Below are positions 17,965 through 24,058 of a stretch of DNA of 24,058 bases, piece after piece. The stretch lies in contig JBHLNT010000059.1 of assembly GCA_048941265.1 (NCBI GenBank), forward strand, positions 1 through 24,058. The letters run 5' to 3'. Under the pieces are notes generated by a model. That model saw nothing but the letters and a program-made list of their open reading frames with translations. It searched no databases and was not told where the DNA came from. This stretch comes from Promethearchaeota archaeon (GTDB lineage: Archaea; Asgardarchaeota; Lokiarchaeia; Sigyniarchaeales; SOKP01). Position numbers and translations under genes: made by a program. Every line of letters starts with the position of its first letter. Within the stretch, counting starts at the first letter, position 1.

Positions 17965-19587
17965 CTGATTAAAATTTCAATTCCAGCATCAATTCGAGAA
18001 GGTCCAAGAACAACTAATACATTAGTAAAGAAAAGATATTTAATCATATACTTTCTCATAATTACCATAAGCTCCGAACCTTCATTGATATGGTTCTGGT
18101 ATTTTTGGCAATTATTTCCAGAAACCAATATCCTCTTTTTTATATTATTCCCTTTAGCTTTCCTCATAGGTATATTAATTCTAATATTAAGTTCAATATT
18201 TGTATCAAAATTTTTTCTTTCAATTATAAATCTTATTCATACTCCTAAAGAAGGAGTTTTTAAGAGAGATAAACAAGATAAAAACTTTTGCTATTGGAGT
18301 TTAAGGAGCATTATTAAAAAATGGCCTCTATGGTTGGCAAGACAATTAAATTTACCACTTCTTGAAACTATCGCACTTAAGGTCTTAGGAATAAAGACTT
18401 TTAAAATGAACTGTGTAAATGGTGGATGGCTTGATTGTGAATTTATTGAATTTGGTAAAAATATCAAAATTGGCCAAGGAAGTATAATTATGTCTAATAT
18501 TATAATAAGAGATAAATTAATCATAAAAAAAGTAGTTCTAAGGGACAACGTTATTATTGGAGCTCATTCTGTTGTATGTCCTGGAACTATAATTGAAAAA
18601 AATACAATTCTAGATGCGCTTTCGATGACTTCATTAGGACAACAGCTTGAAAAAAATTCAGTTTATCGAGGTACTCCTGCGAAAAAAATAGCGAAAAATC
18701 AACCAATATCAAGTATTGAAGAGTTAGAAAAGTCTATTTTTAAAGAAAAAACTAAAAGTAGAGAAGAAGATGAACAATTAAGGACTGATGTAAAAGAAAT
18801 GTCTGTTCCTTTTCACGTGTATATCCTCTCAGGATGGTGGATCATGGGAGGTTCCTTTATAATACCTGGATTATTATTCGTTATATTTATGTATTGGTTT
18901 TTGATACCAAACCTATTTTTAATGCCTTTCTCTTTGAATATTTTGTTAAATTTAGTGACAATTCTCATCTTAATTTTTACACCTCTTATCTTAGTTGGAA
19001 TTTATCTATTACATCTATTTTTTGTAGCATTATTTACAAGTGTTTTTTACAGGTTCGCAGATTATAGAGGTCCGGCACAGGGCATATTTGATAGAAATCT
19101 AAATGAGCATTGGAAAGCCTTAGATTATTATCATTGGAGGTCATTTCTTTTGAAATATCCAGTTTTTGTATTTCTCAAATCTCCTTTTCCTTGGTTGCTA
19201 AATTGGGAACTTAACTTTATTGGTTCAAATAAAATAGGGAAGGGAACTATATTTGAAGAATGTTTTATTCACTCTCACTTAAATTTCGGTAAAAACTGTT
19301 ATATGGGAACATTTGCTCATATCAGTAATCACATGGTTGATGGCGTTTATGGAACTGAAAATTTAACATTTTATGGGGCTAAAATTGGTAATAATTGTAC
19401 ATTTAATGCGTTGATAGGGGGTATGCCTGGTTTAGAAGTGGGTAATAATGCTACATTTTTACCCATGGCTACAACCATAAAATATGATAAGATGGAAGAC
19501 AATGGAATATACTTAGGATTTCCTGCTCGTAGATTAGACAAAGAATCTGCTAAAAAATTTATGGGGGATGTTTTGAATGACGAATGA
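17965..19587 (+). CDS. Membrane protein with two [2TM + left-handed beta-helix acyltransferase-like] modules
   Basis: Two hexapeptide-repeat blocks ending YRGTPAKK and YLGFPARR, each preceded by a TM pair and a PxxGxF motif. The frame is open from 17917, so the true start is probably upstream of the ORF-track TTG at 18085. The start given here (CTG 17965) is tentative. Confidence 0.8.
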   Translation: MIKISIPASIREGPRTTNTLVKKRYLIIYFLIITISSEPSLIWFWYFWQLFPETNILFFILFPLAFLIGILILILSSIFVSKFFLSIINLIHTPKEGVFKRDKQDKNFCYWSLRSIIKKWPLWLARQLNLPLLETIALKVLGIKTFKMNCVNGGWLDCEFIEFGKNIKIGQGSIIMSNIIIRDKLIIKKVVLRDNVIIGAHSVVCPGTIIEKNTILDALSMTSLGQQLEKNSVYRGTPAKKIAKNQPISSIEELEKSIFKEKTKSREEDEQLRTDVKEMSVPFHVYILSGWWIMGGSFIIPGLLFVIFMYWFLIPNLFLMPFSLNILLNLVTILILIFTPLILVGIYLLHLFFVALFTSVFYRFADYRGPAQGIFDRNLNEHWKALDYYHWRSFLLKYPVFVFLKSPFPWLLNWELNFIGSNKIGKGTIFEECFIHSHLNFGKNCYMGTFAHISNHMVDGVYGTENLTFYGAKIGNNCTFNALIGGMPGLEVGNNATFLPMATTIKYDKMEDNGIYLGFPARRLDKESAKKFMGDVLNDE

Positions 19588-20605
19588 AAAAAATAAAACG
19601 GAAATTTCAAAAGAAGTGGTGTTGGATATTACAAAATATCCAATAACAACGAATGTATTCTCGTGGTCATCAGCATCAATTTTCATATATCTACTGTTAC
19701 ATGTCCTTTCTTTTTTAATACCTTCTCTGATGATTTTAACTTTTTATTCTGGTGCTCTTAATTCGGATCTTATTATAAATTGGTGGAGAATCCTTTTTAT
19801 TTTTTTAGACATAATGGTGTGGTGGTGGATTTATTTATTATCCAGTTTATTATTAGGTAAGTTATTTTTAATTATATTAGGACTTATTCATAAACCGCGA
19901 GAAGGTTTATTCAAGGTAGATAAGAACGATAGAGATTATTACTTCTATTGCCTCCGCTATACTGTAAAAAAGTTCGTTTTCTGGATATGGAATAACTTCT
20001 GCTTTCCCTGGGTGTCTAATTTAGCCTTTAAGGTTTGTAATATGAGAGCTGATTTTAAATCTACTATGTTCGATGGGTGGAGTGATTTAGAGTTTATTGA
20101 ATATGGAAACAACATCATGATTGGGCAAGGTGCGATTGTTCTCTCAAGTATGATTATCGGGGATCATCTTTTAATTAAAAAAGTTATCATTGGAGATCAT
20201 GTAGTATTGGGAGGGAATTCCATTACTAGTCCTGGAACGGTTATAGGTAGTGGAACTACTTTAGGAGTCTGGGCAAGCACTCACATAGGACAGATTTTAG
20301 AATCAGATTGGATTTATATTGGGAGACCCGCAAAAAAATTTAAACAAACTAAAATCATTTATGAAGAGAGTAAAAAAGAAAGTGAACTAGGTACAGTTAG
20401 AAGATTAGTAGATACAAGCGAACGAGTACCGCACACTGTAAAGCGTTATGTTAAGAAAGATATGGTAGCAATTGCGATTGATAATTTAGAAAAGTTATAT
20501 GAGAAGTGGAAAGAATCCTTAAAAGTGAAAAATAAAAAGGAGTTAAGGAGAAATTATAAGAAAAGTAAAAAAGAAATCAAAAAGAAACAAATTGAAGAAT
20601 TCTAA
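19577..20605 (+). CDS. Membrane protein with one [2TM + left-handed beta-helix] module and a Lys-rich C-terminal helix
   Basis: HKPREGLF, DGWSDLEFIEYGNNIMIGQG, KKVIIGDHVVLG and YIGRPAKK. Paralogous to module 1 of the upstream gene, which it overlaps by 11 nt. Confidence 0.85.
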   Translation: MTNEKNKTEISKEVVLDITKYPITTNVFSWSSASIFIYLLLHVLSFLIPSLMILTFYSGALNSDLIINWWRILFIFLDIMVWWWIYLLSSLLLGKLFLIILGLIHKPREGLFKVDKNDRDYYFYCLRYTVKKFVFWIWNNFCFPWVSNLAFKVCNMRADFKSTMFDGWSDLEFIEYGNNIMIGQGAIVLSSMIIGDHLLIKKVIIGDHVVLGGNSITSPGTVIGSGTTLGVWASTHIGQILESDWIYIGRPAKKFKQTKIIYEESKKESELGTVRRLVDTSERVPHTVKRYVKKDMVAIAIDNLEKLYEKWKESLKVKNKKELRRNYKKSKKEIKKKQIEEF

Positions 20606-20809
20606 ATCAATGAGGATATAAGGCACTTTTTTCAAACATCATTTCTAATTATATTATTAACTTAAAACAAAAAACAAAATTAAAAATTTAAATATTAAAT
20701 TAGCTAAGTTATTATTTATAGAAAACTACTAAATTTAATAATTTAGTAAATCTATTCTCAAAAAATCATATATTTTTTAATACTAATTTAAAATTAGGTG
20801 AAATACAAT

Positions 20810-21508
20810 ATGGTCTCTACAATTGGATATCTAGACGGCCTAACTGCATCTGGAATAATCTTATCTTCTGTTATATTCGGTTTACTTTCTTTTTACCGTG
20901 CTAGAAAACTAGAAGCAAAACTACTTGGTATTGCGGGACTGATGATGATCCTAATTGGGCTTCTTTGGTTAGGTCCATTCACAGATTTTATTATGATAAC
21001 TATATCTGGTAAAAATATAAGGCCAAAACAAGTTTATACATGGTTAAGTTATATGTGGGTCGCTCCCGCGATTATTATAGGCATGTATCTTGGATCTGAG
21101 CTTTTGGTTCCTGAGTATAAAAAAACAATTGTTATTTTCTACGCTATTTTAGGTGTTATCTTCGAAATTTACTTGTTTTTTGATTGGGCAAATGTTTTTA
21201 CGTATACCTTAAACAATCCCGGCCAAGATACAATTGATTCGAGTTTTAACCGTACTTCTCCGGCTTATTGGATTATTATATTTTTCCTTATCTCAACCTT
21301 TTTCTTTGAGGGGATTGGTTTTGCCATTAAAGCAAAACAGGCGTCCAGTGAGATAAGAAGGAAATTTACTTATTTATCAGTTGCTTTCATAGTTTTCGTC
21401 ATTTGCGGAGCACTTGATTCCGTTATTCCTCCGGGAATTGCCATTGGATTTAGCAGAGCCGTGATGATGTCTTTTTCGTTATGGATGTACCTTGGTTTGA
21501 AGACTTAG
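20810..21508 (+). CDS. Stand-alone 7-TM membrane protein (7TMR/HisKA_7TM-like sensor domain), paralog 1
   Basis: Seven hydrophobic segments by eye. ATG 20810 follows AGGTGA (20796-20801) and aligns with the start of paralog 2 (MVS..GYLDGLTA). Confidence 0.78.
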   Translation: MVSTIGYLDGLTASGIILSSVIFGLLSFYRARKLEAKLLGIAGLMMILIGLLWLGPFTDFIMITISGKNIRPKQVYTWLSYMWVAPAIIIGMYLGSELLVPEYKKTIVIFYAILGVIFEIYLFFDWANVFTYTLNNPGQDTIDSSFNRTSPAYWIIIFFLISTFFFEGIGFAIKAKQASSEIRRKFTYLSVAFIVFVICGALDSVIPPGIAIGFSRAVMMSFSLWMYLGLKT

Positions 21509-21722
21509 TAAAAAAGCATTTTAATATTATCTCTTTATTTTTAATTTATTTCGGTACGGAGTTTTTATAGCTCTTTTTTTTTCATTTTTATTTATATTAA
21601 TTTTTATACAATGTTGTTATTTTTATAATAATAAATATTGAAATAAATTATAAATTAGATTAAATAAAATAATATTTAAAAATCTAAAAATTAAGAACAA
21701 ACTAATATGGTGTAAGCTTGAA

Positions 21723-22421
21723 ATGGTTTCTCAGATGGGATATTTAGATGGTCTGACTGCCTTAGGAATTATTATATCATCTCTGACATGTGGTTGCCTA
21801 TCAATTTATACTTCAAAAAAATTAGATGCTAAACTACTTTTTTATGCAGGACTTTCAATGGTTTTAGCAGGTTTCCTATACTTAGGACCTGCCACTGATT
21901 TTATCTTAGTCTTCACAACTGGAAAGAATATTCGTCCCATTTATTGGTATGGAATTTTATCGTACATGTGGGTTGCACCATCAATAATACCCTCGATGTA
22001 TTTAGGTGCTGAGCTCTTAGCTCCTAAAAAAAAGAAGATGATTATAGGTTTTTACATTATTTTAGGATTAATCTTTGAAGCATTTCTATGGCTAGATACT
22101 ATAAATGCATTTACTTTTACACTAGTTTCACCAGGTCAAGATTTAATTGATGCAAGTTTTAATAGAAGCCATCCAACATTCTTTTTTATTGCATTTTTTC
22201 TCTTTTCAGTTTTTATTTTTCTAGGAATAGGTTTTCTTATAAAAGCTAAGCAAGCCACAGGTACAATAAGAAAGAAATTCATACTGATGTCAATAGGATA
22301 TTTAGATTTCGTCATCAGCGGAATGCTAGATTCCTTATTCGCCCCTGGAATTATGCTTTTTTTTGTTAGAAGTGCTATGATGTGTAGCGCCTGGCTAATA
22401 TATATCGGATTAAAGGCTTAA
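21723..22421 (+). CDS. Stand-alone 7-TM membrane protein, paralog 2
   Basis: Colinear with the previous gene: GYLDGLTA, GKNIRP, LSYMWVAP, PGQD.ID.SFNR, IKAKQA, LDS, PGI and GLK. Confidence 0.78.
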   Translation: MVSQMGYLDGLTALGIIISSLTCGCLSIYTSKKLDAKLLFYAGLSMVLAGFLYLGPATDFILVFTTGKNIRPIYWYGILSYMWVAPSIIPSMYLGAELLAPKKKKMIIGFYIILGLIFEAFLWLDTINAFTFTLVSPGQDLIDASFNRSHPTFFFIAFFLFSVFIFLGIGFLIKAKQATGTIRKKFILMSIGYLDFVISGMLDSLFAPGIMLFFVRSAMMCSAWLIYIGLKA

Positions 22422-22432
22422 TTTTATATACA

Positions 22433-22445
22433 TTTTCTTTTTTTT
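22433..22445 (+). terminator. Putative oligo-T terminator
   Basis: TTTTCTTTTTTTT about 12 nt after the stop of 7TM paralog 2. Confidence 0.45.
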
Positions 22446-22561
22446 GATTTAATCTTATATAAATCAAAGATTTAAATTAAAGCGTGAAATCATATTCATT
22501 AAGAACGCGTATATTGAAAAAAACAATTTTAATAATATGACTAAAACTTTAGGTGATAATT

Positions 22562-23308
22562 GTGATTAAATTAGTATTATTAAGACATGGTGAGAGCACA
22601 TGGAACAAGGAGAATCGCTTCACAGGCTGGACTGATGTAGATCTTTCAGAGAAAGGAATTGATGAAGCAAAAAAAGCGGGTAAAAGATTAAAGGAAGAAG
22701 GTTTTACATTTGATATGGCATATACCTCTGTTTTAAAACGGGGTATAAGAACACTTTGGATAGTATTAGATGAGATGGATTTAATGTGGATCCCTGTATA
22801 TCGATCATGGAGGTTAAATGAGAGGCATTATGGTGCTTTACAAGGATTTTATAAATCTAAAATGGCAAGTGAAGTAGGTGAAGAACAGGTGTTAATTTGG
22901 AGGAGAAGTTATGATATTCCGCCTCCTGCTCTAAAAACAAGTGACCCTAGATATCCTGGTAACGATCCAAGATATAAAGATTTAAATCCCAATGATATTC
23001 CATTAACCGAATGTTTGAAAGACACCGTAGAAAGATTTATTCCATATTGGCACGAAACTATAGCCCCTACTCTTAAAACTGGGAAAAGAGTATTAATCTC
23101 TGCTCATGGTAATAGTTTAAGAGCACTTGTAAAATATCTGGATAATATCTCTGAAGAGGAGATAGTTGAATTAAATATACCAACAGGAATCCCGCTGGTT
23201 TACGAGCTTGATGAAGATTTAAAACCAATTGAACATTATTATCTTGGAGATACTGAAGAAATCCAAAAGGCAGTTCAAGCCGTTGCTGATCAAGGTAAAG
23301 CAAAATAA
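22562..23308 (+). CDS. gpmA: 2,3-bisphosphoglycerate-dependent phosphoglycerate mutase
   Basis: [47 protein letters not shown] and NIPTG.PLVYE. GTG 22562 follows the SD AGGTGA (22551-22556). Confidence 0.97.
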   Translation: MIKLVLLRHGESTWNKENRFTGWTDVDLSEKGIDEAKKAGKRLKEEGFTFDMAYTSVLKRGIRTLWIVLDEMDLMWIPVYRSWRLNERHYGALQGFYKSKMASEVGEEQVLIWRRSYDIPPPALKTSDPRYPGNDPRYKDLNPNDIPLTECLKDTVERFIPYWHETIAPTLKTGKRVLISAHGNSLRALVKYLDNISEEEIVELNIPTGIPLVYELDEDLKPIEHYYLGDTEEIQKAVQAVADQGKAK

Positions 23309-23399
23309 AATAATTATGATATTATTTAATTATAATCCAAATTTTATATATGAATAATTGCAAGAGTAAATGTCGACGATAAACAAGAAAGGCATTAAG

Positions 23400-23975
23400 G
23401 GAGTAGGATATTACAATCATAGATAGTGCAAACAACACACAGCAAAGTTCAGACTGAGGGTTAGTAAATGAACTAAACATAGACATTATCCCATTATTTC
23501 TAAAAAAAGATTTTCATTCATTTGCCTTATTTTTCAATATAATTTGGAAATCAATCATGATCTAGGAGATAAATATAATTTTCAAGACTAATTTTTCCAG
23601 TTTTTACATCTTAACTTCAAATATAGATTAGTGTTTTATAAAAAAACAAGTAACCGCTCAATAAGTAAGAATAAGTATTTTTACTACTAATTAGGTGTAA
23701 AAGGTCTTCATAATTTAATGGCAAAAAAGATCACTTTTCTTCTTAATAAAATCTCGTTCGAGATCCTTGACCCTCCAAGTATTTGATTAATTTGGAATTT
23801 CAAAATCATTCCTAATCTCAATACACCTTCTTTTTTAGAATGATTCAATGCAGTCTTTCATAATTTCTACACTTTCACAGATAATATCAAAAATTTTAAT
23901 CAAATCATTTACGATTTCGTTAAATGAGGATATTTTTCTATTAACTTTCTTTTTATTAATTCTAGTCAATTTCAT
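23400..23975 (-). pseudogene. Possible decayed gene remnant of unknown family
   Basis: A 46-codon ORF starts at ATG 23975 (MKLTRINKKK...MKDCIESF). It is followed by protein-like fragments broken by stops or frameshifts (PLNYEDLLHLISSKNTYSYLLSGYLFF; DVKTGKISLENYIYLLDHD*FPNYIEK). Confidence 0.3.
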
Positions 23976-24058
23976 TTGAAAATTCAAAAGAGTATTCTCT
24001 TATATATTATATTAATCTATGAACTATGATTTGTAGGAATTCTTATAATAAAAGAAGA

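Noticed and set aside
20810-22421. Microbial rhodopsin, heliorhodopsin or schizorhodopsin
   Set aside because: There is no retinal-binding Lys in the middle of TM7 (Arg instead) and no RYxxW-type TM3 motif.
115-23303. Small overlapping ORFs (115-408, 854-1036, 982-1164, 7260-7454, 8030-8251, 9456-9674, 10277-10654, 16957-17151, 17435-17689, 17952-18167, 18291-18548, 18834-19067, 19371-19610, 23073-23303)
   Set aside because: All lie antisense to, or out of frame within, better-supported genes and have no recognisable motifs.
23400-23975. Selenoprotein or TGA recoding
   Set aside because: The TGA codons are mixed with TAA/TAG stops and frameshifts, and I could not identify a redox motif or SECIS-like hairpin.
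1-24058. CRISPR array, tRNA/rRNA genes, IS elements
   Set aside because: By eye there are no regularly spaced 25-40 nt repeats, GC-rich structured RNA segments, transposase ORFs or terminal inverted repeats.

Overview
Very AT-rich, gene-dense archaeal-style window, most consistent with an Asgard archaeon of the Lokiarchaeia/Promethearchaeota type. This assignment is inferred from two Roadblock/LC7 genes, a vWA-RING protein, tandem stand-alone 7TM proteins, an archaeal-type MetRS, AGGTGA/GAGGT Shine-Dalgarno motifs and oligo-T terminators. Ordinary genes are metG, gpmA, an M20 (ArgE/DapE-like) hydrolase, a GNAT and a SagB-type nitroreductase. The unusual genes are: (1) a coupled two-gene unit encoding three [2TM + left-handed beta-helix] modules, resembling a split, stand-alone version of the membrane terminal domain of poly-amino-acid synthetases, with only one module keeping the putative catalytic His; (2) a TFIIH p44/Ssl1-like vWA protein with two C4HC3 RING fingers; (3) a highly divergent RtcB-family ligase; (4) an acyl-CoA dehydrogenase fused to a C-terminal winged-helix domain; (5) a possible degenerate MPN/JAB protein paired with a P-loop ATPase; (6) a 1486-aa surface protein whose Lys-rich cytoplasmic tail carries two DLDxLLEEE motifs. 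I saw no rRNA, tRNA, CRISPR array or mobile element. All family assignments come from motif recognition by eye, not from database searches.
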